64,000 nt of DNA, from the NCBI GenBank assembly GCA_013115145.1, contig JAAPAO010000095.1, positions 1 through 64,000 on the forward strand. The letters are read 5' to 3'. A program made the position numbers and the translations under genes. Below are positions 24,648 to 37,093 of this stretch, piece by piece; the stretch's first letter is position 1, and the number at the start of each line of letters is the position of its first letter. Source of the stretch: Perkinsus chesapeaki ATCC PRA-425 (taxonomy: Eukaryota; Protista; Perkinsozoa). The notes under the pieces were generated by a model. The model searched no databases and was not told the origin of the DNA. It saw nothing but the letters and a program-made list of their open reading frames with translations.

Positions 24648-26305
24648 TCAAGCGGGACAGGCTGCCAAACTAGTGATGCACCCAGTCTCCTTTTCTCCCA
24701 GAGCACGACTCGCTTCCAACGCCGATCCGTCAATCATTACCTGCAATAAGCCATTCAGTAACAGTCAGGTACAGAATATTCCTACGTTTTGGCCAGCCTC
24801 CACATCTTCCGTAGCTACTTCAGTGCCGGAATGTGGTTTAGATTGGTGGGACTCTATCAGACGGACTGCAGCCGATTCAAGATCACTCCAAGGTTTGAGT
24901 GTATCCATCACGTCGTTGAGGAAATCTTTCTGCTGCATAATATCCTAAAAGATACCCAATGAAGGATCTGTACTGTTAAAGACTTGGTCGATATCAAAAG
25001 GAAATTTCTGTCAGAGCTCCACGGACCGCGGTACCTTCACGGGAGCATGCCATCGGCTTCTGTCTGCCCCAAAGTTAGTCCGCGCTGACGCTATTGGTGC
25101 CCACAGGCGGTCAACCTGTAGAACAGGTCAATGCGACCAGAAAAGATGAGTCGACTATATGCTCACCGGGAATGCAATGACGAAGATGCATGCAACAACA
25201 GCCATCTCGATGCAGGTGAGGGTTTCCTCGAGGACCACCAGGGACTTGCGGACATTCGGTATGGACTAAAAAGGGAACAGTCTTCCCATCTATGTGTTGT
25301 ATAGGCTTACCGAGTTAAACCGTATTAGACCGAGCTCGACCAGCAGCATGAGAGCTGTGTTCTGGGCCCATGGGAAGAATACGATAAACTTGATCAAGAG
25401 GAACTTCGGAAATGGTCCGAAAGGATCGAGCATCTCTCGAGTGGCGCGATAGAGCATCCCCAACGAGTAACTGCGATGGTGAATGTAAGTATGATGAGCA
25501 GCTGCTCTCACATGGCAAGGGAGACGGACGTGTTAACTATAGCCGTCAAGGTGAGGAATGCCACTCTGTTGTCTAAGGTGTCCTCGGTGTAAATACCAAA
25601 ACCATGGCAGAGGAGCACCGCCACTGATGAGAGTGGCTTCAGTATCTGCACACATAAGAATGATATCGAATATCTTCGGGAGCCGGTAGGCAACAATATG
25701 CCTTCTTCAAAAGCCGGCCGGGCGTCGTCCTTGGCACATCGACTCCTACCACAAACTGAATGCATCCTGTCCGTAATATCCACAGCAGTTTATCATCTAA
25801 TGGCATGGGCTTTGGCATGAACCAGCATAGAGGCCAGAGCCAATGGACACGATGACCATGATCGAAGTGAAGGAGCAAGCGACGTGCTCCACCTGACAGC
25901 CAGGCAAACTACACAAACAAAACCACTGCCGTCGCTGTTACTCACCCAAGTAGTTCACATTGAGGACCATGAACATATATAGTGCATAAGCCTCGTAGGC
26001 ATCTCGAATGAGGGCAAAGGCATATCTTTTGCTGGGATGGAGGACACTAGCCCAAGCACATAGGGAATAGATCGGGACAAGGAGTATTATACGCGCAATG
26101 TAAACCTACATAGCAGTTTAATACACTCGATGTGAGAACCTAGACTAACCTGAAACTCAGGTGCCACCCACTTCCTAGCATGCATAGAGAGATGGGAAAG
26201 GGCAACAGCTAGACAGACGCCAGTGCTGAGAGATGCTATCGCTACCGCGCTGATGGAGGGCAGACTTGGGATGAGCGTTTCAAGATACCAATAACTCGAA
26301 TGCAT
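24648..26305 (-). CDS. TMEM184: TMEM184 / organic solute transporter alpha family protein, multi-exon
   Basis: HLSMHARKWVAPEFQ, LYRATREMLDPFGPFPKFLLIKFIVFFPWAQ, LEETLTCIEMAVVACIFVIAFP match the family pattern. Confidence 0.85.
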
Positions 26306-26445
26306 GTTCAGAGTAAGGTACCAACCAAGAGGGGCATTCAAAAAAGAAAGGGGCCTGGCAGAACATAGTCCAACAGTTGCACCTGATGGGAGGGCTAGCG
26401 CAACACTCCACCAGATCGGAGACAACGCTTATCCAGGATAGAAGT

Positions 26446-29273
26446 TTACAATCCTTCAAAGGAGAACTCATTCAAGTCATCGTTCTGATCATCCATCAAA
26501 TCAGACAAACCATCCGAGCTGAGGGCCCTGTGGACTGCCTCTCGTCGACGAGCTTCATTAGTGGTGGGGTGGAAGCTGTAGCCTTTCTCCTGCGGTGCGC
26601 GTCGTGACCCTCGGGAAGTGAAATTGAAGGGTTGTGGGACCGTGAGAGTTGGAGCCCATTCTTTGGGTTGCGATTCGGCGCGCATTGTCGATGCTTGCTG
26701 TATCTGCTTCTCCTTGAGCCGGGCTCTGAAACATCACCGGCTTTAGCCACTATCAAAATGGCGTGTTCACTCGGCCGCCCTTTCCCGATATTCCATGTAA
26801 CGGTTTAGTCCGCTCACTAAGATTGGCCCTCCTGGTGCAGCCGAGCATGAGCTCATCGTGGACGTACCTGACACTAAGTACCCATCCGCGAGGTTTGTCG
26901 ATCACTTTGCAAAAGTGTTCGTCGAGTAGTGTGGCCTTCTGCTGATGCCCTCGGAGTGAATGTACACTCTCTCAGTTCGTCAGCCTGCCTCTCTTGCCGC
27001 TTCGCCTCAATTTTCTGTTGTCTTCGTTGCTGCTCCTTCTGAATGTCAGCTGAAATGTCATCGCTGTCATCCCCAACTCCATCATCATCTCACTCATCAG
27101 TCTCGTGGGGTCAGAGAAGTTGTAGTGGCTTCTGATGTGCTGGTATGAGCTCTGCCTCCGCTGGCCCAGCGACGCCTCGTGCCTGAGGACACCTCCCCTC
27201 GTGCGATATCAGCATGCGCTCCTCACCCTCCAGAGACGTCACATGCATTCTCCCGATTCTCGTTCAGTCTAGCGGCATCCTGATACAGCCTTTCATAAAC
27301 CTCATTCCTCTGGGGCCTCGAGGCGGTGAGCTCTCGAGATCTTGTGTTCAACTTAGGTCGGAAAGTGCACTCTTGTGGCTCTTGTGATCGAAGGAGCTCC
27401 TGCTTTTCTCTGAGCGTCAGCCATACCGTACACCACCTATACAGCTGCTTACTGTCTCCTCTTAGCATCAACGCATTCAATCCTGTGGGCTCGACTACGT
27501 GGAGACTCGCCTGTTCGATTCGAATTTGGCGAATTCTCACAAGTCTTCCCTTACCTGCTGTTATGGCCACGGATACCGGATTGATGGCTGGTTTGAATGT
27601 ACACTCGGCATCTGGTAGAGCCGCCTCGATGCTGGCTTTAGCTGAACTAGCATGGGCGAACTGCTCTAGAATGGAAATGTGTAATTGGCGGTATGCCTCT
27701 TCATGCCGACCTTGTCTCTCCATGAATCGTCTAATCCTCCTTTTTCTCTCGTCGGCTGTCAGCTGGTCCCCTATCTCATCGGCATCCCTCGCCGTCCCTT
27801 CTCCCCGGCCAGCTCCTCGTCCCCGCAGCAGGCGTTCCTCAACTGGTAGGTTAACCGTTGCTTCTACGAGGGCACTGTCATTTGACCCGCCAAACTGTGT
27901 ACCGTGTGCTCTGCGTCGTTCGAGCATCCTCAAGCTTCGATTATTAAGCTTTGGTGTAAAAGTGGCTTCCTTTCTTATTTCAGCCTCAGCTTCTCGCCGT
28001 CTCAGCTGTAACCGTTCCTTGTGCAACTGCTGAACTGATTGGTATCTAACGCAGCGTTTTACAATGACAGTGGCTACTCATACAGGACAGCCAATAGCGT
28101 ACAATATCTACAATTATCTTATATGAGGTGGAGTGTCACTTGCCTTTGCTCGATCGGAATCCTATCATTTGGATGAGGGACGACTCTCGACGGCCGCACC
28201 GCAGGTCTGAATAAGCAATTCAAGGCTGGCCCAGTGGTAGATCAGGTATACGGACCTGAAGGTATAGCCCTCGAGCTCTCTAGCAGCCTTGTTCTGAAGC
28301 TCTTTCTCTCGTAAGGCACCACGACGTTGGGCTTCGGAGTGCAGCCGATCAGCCAGCTGCCGGGGTGTTGCTGATGACAATGCCGATCGGATGATAGCCT
28401 CTCTCCCCAGCCCACTTGGTCTCGTTCCCTCGACAAGTTTTCGACTGCGCGTGCTGATCTTAGGAGTGAAGCTGCATTTGTTTGCTGCTCGCTCGCGCTC
28501 TTCTTTCTCAGCCATCCGACGATGTCGCTCCTACAGTGATCTCTTCAGCTACACCAAGTCTACAAACATGTTCACCCTGGCATGAGTGCGAAGCCACAGG
28601 TCCACTTTGCCGTTGAACTCGTTCGCATTGATAGTCTTCTTTTTAGGAATTTCCCTGAAACCAATTTAGTGAAACACAGATCCTTCACAGACCCGAAGGG
28701 CGTGTTTTTTCTTACCCTTTTCTGCCGTTCCGTGGAGTCCTTGTAACTTCTTCTTCTTCTCTTGCCTCTTGTGCTGTCTCCTCTGGATGGTACTCCCGTC
28801 GTTGCTCCTCGTGTATCTGCCAGAAGGAGAGCCTTTGTCATCGTATGCTTCAGCTTCCATATCCCCGTTATAAAACCCACAGCTCCATTATGCCGCCCGA
28901 GTCTCCGTCTATCCCTCTCGTCTACTAGTTGCTGCATGATGCCTTCACTACCAATTTTTCGATGACTGTAGTTGGCCGATGCTGGCCATCGCGAGTCCCT
29001 CTCGGCAAGAAGCTGCTGTAGGGCCTGCTGGGCAGCGTGCATCACTGATAAGGCAAATATTTACACTGCAGGTGTGTTGATGTTGTCCATCACCAAAGCT
29101 CACGTTTACAGGGGATACGTCAAGGCTGTCTAACCGTAACTGAGAAGTATCATTATCCCCACACGCAGTGGTTTGTGTGATGCTACGTCAGAGGAGATCC
29201 TCGACTCTCTAGCCTGTAGGTATCTCTCGCTGTCCGCTATCGATGCTTCAATATCGCTGAATGTGGCATGCAT
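26446..29273 (-). CDS. Charged coiled-coil protein with repeated (C/A)xFxPx(I/L)N and ERL(Y/H) motifs (repeat protein 1); start approximate
   Basis: KCSFTPKIS, EGYTFR, EATFTPKLN, ECTFKPAIN, ECTFRPKLN, GYSFHPTTN, VPQPFNF; VYERLYQDA, LADRLHSEA. Exons link by hand from about 29273 to 26446. Confidence 0.7.
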
Positions 29274-29783
29274 AAACCGATAATGGCAGCAACACCTGCA
29301 TTGTCAAGGTTTACTCAACAGGTGCAGGTAGTTATTATGCTCCAAGCAGAGTGTGATGAGATGCCAGCCTAATGTGTTTTTTCACGTCCATCTCGTGTAC
29401 AACGTGTGCTGCCGGCAAAGCTCAGCTGGTCGACTATGGTATTCTACTAGAACTTCATAGCTCTGCTAGTAATTGACAACGCAGCAACTGGGCGAGGAAA
29501 CGCTTTACATACTACATCTTCGGCAGCATGACTACACTAGCGGCTCGTTTCGAGGTAAATTAGTGTAGCGACTCAAAGTACCTTCCAAAGCTAACGTCCT
29601 TCTACAGGATTGCATTTACCTGGCTTAACATTTCCAGTACAAGACAGATCCTCGTGTACTGCATACGAGGAGGGGGTGCGGGAAATGCCTAGTTGGCACT
29701 CTTTTCCGGCACATAATAATAGAGAAGCCTGTGGCGCAAGACAACTGCGGTGACATCTAATATCGTGGACGACATAATCTAAC

Positions 29784-29857
29784 GCTGGAATGGTCTAGTT
29801 GGTTATGACGAGCGCCTCACACGCGATAGGTCCCGAGTTCGAGTCTCGGTTCCAGTA
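29784..29857 (+). tRNA. tRNA-Val(CAC)
   Basis: GCTGGAA/TTCCAGT acceptor stem, loop CTCACAC, T arm CCGAG-TTCGAGT-CTCGG; one G:A mismatch in the anticodon stem. Confidence 0.92.
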
Positions 29858-30236
29858 TTGGTAACAATATTCGATCTGACATGTTCTGGCTTGTGTGTGG
29901 AGCATCTCTGCCGTGGATCTAAACTCCCACGCAATCCCTAGTCGGCGGAGTTCAGCTTATTCACGCAGCTTCATCAGCCAAAAGACGGCCTAGACGAAAA
30001 TAGGGTATTCCTGTGGGAACGTATCGCAGAGGCACCATAGGCCCCTCACGTCGCACTGACTACACCAACTTGCGGAGTGCACGCCGCTTGGTCCAAGCGG
30101 CTTGGATCACGCCACTAGTGTATGCCGCCAATAGCCTGTCAGCTTTTTCCAGCCCTCTCCATAAACTAAGACCGTATTCGTCCATGAAACTTCTCATAAT
30201 GCAAAGCAGTGGCCGGCATGCCCATTCAAGAACCTC

Positions 30237-31779
30237 TCAGCTTAAATGTATTCCTGCCGGTTTCCCTTTAGCGTTCATCAGTGATGTGAAGAATGCGTTG
30301 TATGTCTGCTTTCCCGTGACAGCCCCAACCGCAGCTGGATTGCTGCGTTCTGTATGAACCTGAATCCATCGCAACTGGAGCGCAAAGTTCGCGTGGAGTA
30401 CCGAAGGATGCTGGCAGACGCAGAGTGCTTGTATCGCCCTCTCCCACCTTAAAAGCACATCCTAAGGTTTCGTCCCAAGGACCGTCAAGATCTACAACGA
30501 CGATATGACGATCGGTCAGAGCGGGATTCGCCACGAGCCGGGCCTTAACCCCAGAAAAGCCGAGCGATGGTGCTGCGATCTGAAAATACGTCTATGCCTG
30601 TTGTGGACGTGTTCACCTCGAGGTCGGGGTGCCAAAGACGTACCACACTGTACACGGTACAAAGTATCACACCATTCCCAAGCGGCTTTGGCGCAGTAGG
30701 TAGCGCGTAGGTCTCATAATCCTAAGGTCGCGAGTTCGATCCTCGCAGGCCGCATTTTTATCATTAAATGAACATGTTATTCAGGCAAGTCTTGACGGGA
30801 AACTATCAAGAAACCTGAGTGTTTACCGCGGCACATGCCATAGTATTAACGTTATTAGGCGCCAATGGGCACAGTGTGCGAACATCGCCTTCGTAAACTA
30901 CCAAATCCCCATCTTCACCTGAAACATCACCACTACCCTCTTGACAACCTTGCTCCTCCCTCACCTCTATGATTTTCCAGCAGTGTCGTCATTCGCTCCT
31001 TCAAAGGACCGACAAGTTTAAGGCTATCAGGATGCTTCTTCATGGTTACTGTAAGCCCTCTGAGCGCACCTTACCACACAAAGCCTGTTTACGTGTAACG
31101 CAGTACCCCGCTGAAGCACGTTCCTACCCTTGGCATCCATTCTACGGATATCCTCCGCTCCCCATAATGCCCCCACAGAAACATACACCGAGTGCCCTGC
31201 TCCAGCAGCTACGAACATCCTACTCGATAAAACTTACCTGACTTAACCGTGGCTGTGCGCACCGACTCTGTAAATCCTTCATCGGCGAAAGCCGTGGGTG
31301 ACCCAACATACCTAAGTCGCATACCCCTTAGCATGAGAGCAAAGACTAGTACATATCAGCTTCGGCCAGTACGGTAGAGCACCACTGCTTGGCGACGTCT
31401 GGATGGCAAACCTAATCTACAGAGTTAACCTGGAGACTGCGAGCGAACAGCGGCTACTTCAGCGACCAAGTCGGGCTTCTTTTGGGAAAAATCGGCAAGG
31501 TCCTTCAATACGCAATCTGCCGGCACTCGACCATCTTGCACGGCCTCCTCCACCTATATTGCTAATTGCTATCCCTCCATAGAGAGCAGGGCTACCGTGC
31601 TGAGACTTCTATTCCACACAAATGCCAGCTCCAACTCTGAACTATTTCGTATCTCCTCGACAAGGAACCTGCGATGTTCCATTATGGAGGGAGCCCTCCG
31701 AGGGAGACTTCTCGACACTACCGTCCTACTGTCCAAGGTGACCATACCCCATTATCCCAACACGTCGAGGCTTGGCCAT
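30237..31779 (-). CDS. ASPDH: Aspartate dehydrogenase domain-containing protein (ASPDH/NadX family), multi-exon
   Basis: Spliced: MAKPRRVGIMGYGHLGQ, ELAFVWNR, PDLVAEVA, VSVGALWGAEDIRRMDAKG, VYEGDVRTLCPLAPNNVNTMACAA|IAAPSLGFSGV, TDRHIV, RSNPAAVGAVTG, GIHLS*. These match animal ASPDH motifs as I recall them. Confidence 0.9.
30682..30754 (+). tRNA. tRNA-Met(CAT), elongator-type, inside an ASPDH intron on the opposite strand
   Basis: GCGGCTT/AGGCCGC acceptor stem, TAGGT-CTCATAA-TCCTA, GCGAG-TTCGATC-CTCGC, T5 terminator at 30755-30759. Confidence 0.95.
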
Positions 31780-31883
31780 AGACCGAAACACTTGCAAGCT
31801 CTAGAGACTTACATAGGATTAACCAACACAACCATGGAGAGGAGATGACAATCCTTAATTTGTCATTCGGACACTCAGACATG

Positions 31884-33645
31884 CTAATCGCAATCAAGCT
31901 CGCGCAAAAGCGCTTTCAGTGTACTATGGCCCTCGTCGTACAACCACAATGCCGCCGATGCTGACCCCTCCTTCTGAGGGCATAAATCTGACCATAGCAG
32001 CAATCTGTCCCTACTTGTCCTGTGTGACCCCTGTTTCCCGGTAACGGAGCTGGGCGGTGGTCTAAATTCGAGTACCTGTTTCCCCTAGTAAAAAGCATCA
32101 CCCGGAAGGCATATCCTTACATTCTTTCCCGCTGGTTTTTATTCCACAGAGCAGATCCACTACTCCCATTCTGCCTAACTGGTCTAAACACTGCCCTACG
32201 ACTGGCCTCTGCTTCCAACTCCAACGCTCGTTGCTCCGCCGATAACCTCTCCTCATCACGTCTTTGCCTCCTCTCAGCAGAGTCCCCGTACCTATCCGTA
32301 TGCCCAATATTACCCCACACCAACACCCATCACTACAGCCTATCAAAGGTCTCATTGAGAGCTTCGGCCGTAACCTGCCGTGATGCATGGACCGAGCATG
32401 TTCTAGTATTGAACTCCTCCCATGTCTCCTCTTGTGCTATCGCCTTGAATTCCCGACTAGGAGGGGCAAACCTAGCCCGGTACCTGGCACAAAGCAGCCT
32501 TTTACTTCCGAGAGCCAACTGAACCTACAGTCGCTCATGTACAGCAGCCCCACTAGCCGAAGCCAATCTCTTGGTACCAGTAGATGTAGCTCGGATATCT
32601 TCAGCCAACTCCAGCAGCTCCTTCCTGGTAAGGAGTCCCCATAACACAATCCCATATAGTACTAGTACCTTTCCATACGATGCCTTTGCCGTTCCATTCG
32701 ATCAGCAGCATCCTTATATAGACTAGCCACTCGAGCTTGAAGATCTGCCTCTAGCGGGGTTCTCTGCCCTAGTCTCTTCTCCTTAACCTCCTCATCTACA
32801 CTTGCCATCGAGCAATGTTTCCCCCTCTTAGCCATCCTCTTGGTAACCCTCAAACTCCGCGGTGTCGGCAGGGACCTCCCTCTAGAGAGCTTCCCTATTG
32901 TACGATGAGTTCGCTGCCTATCTTCCTCCCTAGCTGCCTCCTCTCGGGCTTGCCTCCGCTCACTAAGTCTATGTTGGTCCTGGTACCTAAGCACACTTCT
33001 CTCTACCACTTTCCCAACGGTCTAATTACAGTTTTTCCCAGACCTCTGCGTTAGGCTTCTTTGGTCTTCCCCCCACTAGCTCCCTGCATTCCAAATACAA
33101 CCAAGCAGTCTATCATTGCTTTCACCCATTAGCCATATTATCTATTTCCTTCTGTTGTTGGACTATTGCCTCAGCTATTGCTTTCTGTCTCCCTTTAAAG
33201 TCCCTAGATATCGAATCAGTTACGGTTATTGTAAGCTATCTTTTATTACTCATATAGGCGGTTGATGTGCTCTATATCGAGCTTTCTATCACGAGGGCAG
33301 CCCCCTGGTTTAGCCATTTCGGTAAACTCCTCAACTTGAGCTGCTCTTTGTTCATCGACATGCTTTTGTCTCAAAGCGTATCTTTTATCAGCATGAAAGC
33401 CCCTAATCAACCTCCATCGGCCCTACCCTTTATATAACCTATCGAAGGTATCCCCGCTAGCCTTCCTCCTCCTTCTAGGCAGTTTTATCGTCTCCTCTTC
33501 CTTCCTAGATTGCTCTGCCATCCACTTCTCTCGTTCTTGTCTAAGCCGTTCCCTTTGTTCCTAACACCACAGCTCCCTCCCCCCAGTCCTGTACCCTTAT
33601 TACCGCTGCCTGATGGTAAAGCCGCTCAAATACCCTATTGGTCAT
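31884..33645 (-). CDS. Charged coiled-coil protein with repeated FxRLY motifs (repeat protein 2)
   Basis: MTNRVFERLYHQAA|EQRERLRQ, DTFDRLYK, HINRLY, RVASLYKDA, ETFDRL; many short introns. Confidence 0.65.
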
Positions 33646-34131
33646 ATAACATTAAAGTAGCCTGAAATCTAACACCCCTATCGAGCCCTCCTTACTGTGC
33701 AGCGGTAATAAACACCCGCGAGCATCTTTTTGGTTGCCTAACTACTCTACATGATATACTAGCATTCATTCAGTAGCAATTACGTGTCCCCATATACAAA
33801 CGATTGCTGCTAGACTAATCGGAATACTTTAACGTAATGTTGGTAGACCGAAAATGCTGCGCGCATGCGGGCGCGCGAGATTCTTTCGCACTCACAACTT
33901 TTTAGACAAATTGTTGAGTTTTCGCTTGGCTCACTAGTAGTAAGCGTTCCATTGCTTATCCTCCTCAATCGAGCATACTATAATTCTCCACCACTTTGAC
34001 TGTCTAATAAGCTCCCTCTCAGTAGTATCGGTAAAATACCATTCATTTGCGGCTATGTGATGATGTATCCTTGTGTCGCTAGCTTGTGCTATTAGTAACA
34101 TCTGGTAACACTTGCAAGTTGTAAAATATTC

Positions 34132-37093
34132 ATGTCTTCATCGTCCTCGTCTGGATCAGCGCCGACCCCTCACATAGATGATGTGGAGGGGTCCCGGCCA
34201 GCTTTAGTTGTCCCTAAAGTGAAGCTTCCGCCGATTCTTCCTATATTCCAGCGCGAGGCGGTCTTGGTAACACCCACTGTGTTTCACTTTTCCCACTCAA
34301 GCCCCTCTTCCTCTTTAGGCGTTCTCCCTGGCTCTTTGTATCTTCGCTGCATGCTCTTTCTTCACTATGAACCTATCATGGGCCTATCAGCCGGATCAGA
34401 AGGGTAACAGTCAACATTAACGATGACTTCCAAAGCCATTGCTACTTTATAGGTTACGAAGTCCCGTTGGCTAATTGCCCGGCCTTCCCAGAATCCTTTA
34501 CCATAAGCCATGCTGAGGCACCATCAGGTCCAACGTGTAAATTGGAGATATTGCAAAATGGATGGAACGAGATGGTCATGTACAACTCCAGTATCTATCC
34601 CCTTCCCAGCGACACACCACTTGATAAATCTCTCAACGATTGCCGACTTCCCCAGAATGGTGAACAGAACTATGAGTGCTTCCCCCAGTACCCGTGCCAT
34701 CAAGCCTGCCGTAGAGTAGATGATTCGGAGACGTATTATCTTGGTGAATGCCCCGATCCGGCATCACTACCAGATATTGGCAATGACGTGATGAAGCCCG
34801 GTATACCGAAATGTCAGGTCAAGCTATCGCCGAACTCTCCTTGGGAGACTCTCTTCTGTAAAGAGGTAACAACATAATGATCAAGCATGTCAAAGATTCT
34901 ATCTTTCAGGTTCTTACCATGCCTTACTGTTCTAGCAAGTATGATATTACACCCTCTAACATCCTTGGTATGAGAGGCATCATCCTGGCTGGCATGCTAT
35001 TAGTGGTTATATGGTTCTGTGCTGAATGGGTGTTATGGTATGTCGACCTCAACCTGCGTAAAGAGAAAGCAGAGGGTATGGCCCGAATGGAGCGTGAGCT
35101 TCCACAGAAGAGGCTTTATCTGCGGCAGCAAGTTGAAGGGCATTGGCGGGATGAGTATAACAACGCCACGGCTAGCCCAGAGGATTCGGGCAGCCTGTCA
35201 GTGTGCATCGCCCCAGCAGTGGACGAGGAAGAGTTTGAGGGTTTACCTGATGATGAGATCAACAACTACGTCTCGAGGGATCCTGCGATGAGGTTCCAAT
35301 CTGAGACCTGGAAGCGGCGGTTAACCCAGTGGAAGGCGTGCAAAGCTGCAGCCAAGCGGAGGCACAGGATTCGCCAGATATTCTACGTGGCTGGCCTCAA
35401 CATCTTCTTCCTTTGGCTCCTTATCGCCACCCTCTATATCGTACTATATTACTCGCCTCAGAACATCCTTGCCACTACTAGGAATGTAGCTGATGACCTC
35501 TATGGTGAAGTATCTATATGGAACGCTCATTCATGGTTGGATATCCTTATCTTTATCGATGTCCTCCTCGATACCTTCCTATTCCTCATCGCATGCGTAT
35601 TTGTCAAGTGGCCTCGTGCTCCGGTATATACTCGTCACGTCCAACAAATAGTAGCTAAGAAGAAGCAGCAAGGCAGTAGTAGCCGTGACCGTACCGGTTC
35701 ATCGGAGGTCGGTGATGTCAAGTCTAGGGCTGTGTATGTTGGTGAGGACGGCATCCCGTCCCCACTAAGTGATGACCTCATTTCGGATTGCACCTCAAGC
35801 TCAGCATCTGGCTCCGAGGAGATTGTGATGAAGCAAACTCTTGCGTACGATTGTTGTCTGATGATCGCCTGCCATCTTTCTGCGATGACAGAAGAGCGGT
35901 ATGAGACGTTCACTGGTACCTTGCGGGCTGCATTGATGGTGTTCCCTCCTAGCCACATCTTTGTCTGTGATAATGGTGGCGATACTCACCCCGAAGATGA
36001 GACTCAGTGGGCAACACAACAGGTTCATCCTGATATCAATTACGTGTACATACCAGAAGGCAATAAGACATTTGCATTCTACTGGGTTAATAAGTACTGG
36101 ATACCTTATCTGGCCCAAAACGGTAGGATACCTGACTTCAAGTACTCTGTTATGATTGATGATGATGTGCCTTTGCCTGCCGATCTTTATATCCCTCACG
36201 AGCAGCTGAGAGCCAATCCTAACATTAAGGCCGTGCACTTCCCTATCACAGCGACTACTCCTGATGGTAAGCCTACTATGTTGGTGAAGATGCAAGATAT
36301 CGAGTATAAGATGGCAGCAGTTCACAAGCAATTCCAGGCTAAAATGGCACGAGCTCTGTCCTGCCATGGTGCCGTGTCGCTATGGGATCGTGAGGCCCTT
36401 GATGAGGTTCTCTATGAGCATGATACTGTCTTTAATGGTGAGGATATGTATATGGGGTTGACTCTTTTGAGGAAGCGTGATGAATCTACGATTATTTCCT
36501 GTGCGCAGACAATCGTACCTACCTACGCCCCAGACACTTGGCCTGTCCTTTTCCGGCAAAGAGTTAAATCGTGGGATGTTACTTCACACAAGAAGACCTT
36601 CACTTATCTCTGGGAAGTTATTAATCCTCGTTCCTTCTGCCATGGTGCATCATTGGTGTTGAAGCCATACTTCCTTCAAGAACTACTTTGTATATGTTTG
36701 GACTGGTTGCGTACCTTCCTACTATGTGGTCTACTATTCCGTGACTGGCTTGGTCTCATTCTAATGACTCTTGTTTTCACTGCTCTCCTATACGTACAAG
36801 TCTTTGTCTTTGAGGTATTCGTTCTACGTGATCGACATGACCTCAGGTCCGGTGTGATTGATTTCATCCTGTTCCCTTGGTACCGACTCCAATCGTTGCT
36901 ATTTAGAATATGCGCTCTTTGCCAGAACCTATTGGTTTACAGCCATCAAAGAAAGAATGTTAAGATTGGTGTGCGTGAGCGTAAAATTCATGATATTCCT
37001 CCAACGCCACCTCATTCCGATGTGGATTGGTTCTCGGTGTGGGAGGATGACGAGCAGGATTCTCGTCAGCAGCAACCACAGGAGAGTTCGTAG
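34132..37093 (+). CDS. Membrane-integrated processive-type GT2 glycosyltransferase (chitin/cellulose/hyaluronan synthase superfamily) with N-terminal Cys-rich domain
   Basis: IFVCDNG, EGNK, MIDDD, GED (36437-36445), FRQRVKSW (about 36551-36574), with TM helices on both sides. A 44-nt intron at 34866-34909 joins ORFs 34467-34877 and 34877-37093 in frame. Confidence 0.85.

Noticed and set aside
29900-30000. Hammerhead-like core on the - strand (CTGATGA-AGCT...AGCT-GAA)
   Set aside because: It has GAAC instead of GAAA, no NUH cleavage triplet, and no adjacent stem I.
30268-30560. Retroviral-type protease remnant between two tRNAs
   Set aside because: The segment splices into the ASPDH C-terminus; no DTG motif or LTR is present.
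31027-31218. RCC1 repeat (VAAGAGHSV)
   Set aside because: It continues as GALWGAEDIRR, an ASPDH motif.
34866-34909. TAATG stop/start overlap suggesting bacterial translational coupling
   Set aside because: The overlap lies inside a 44-nt GT-AG intron that joins both ORFs in frame.
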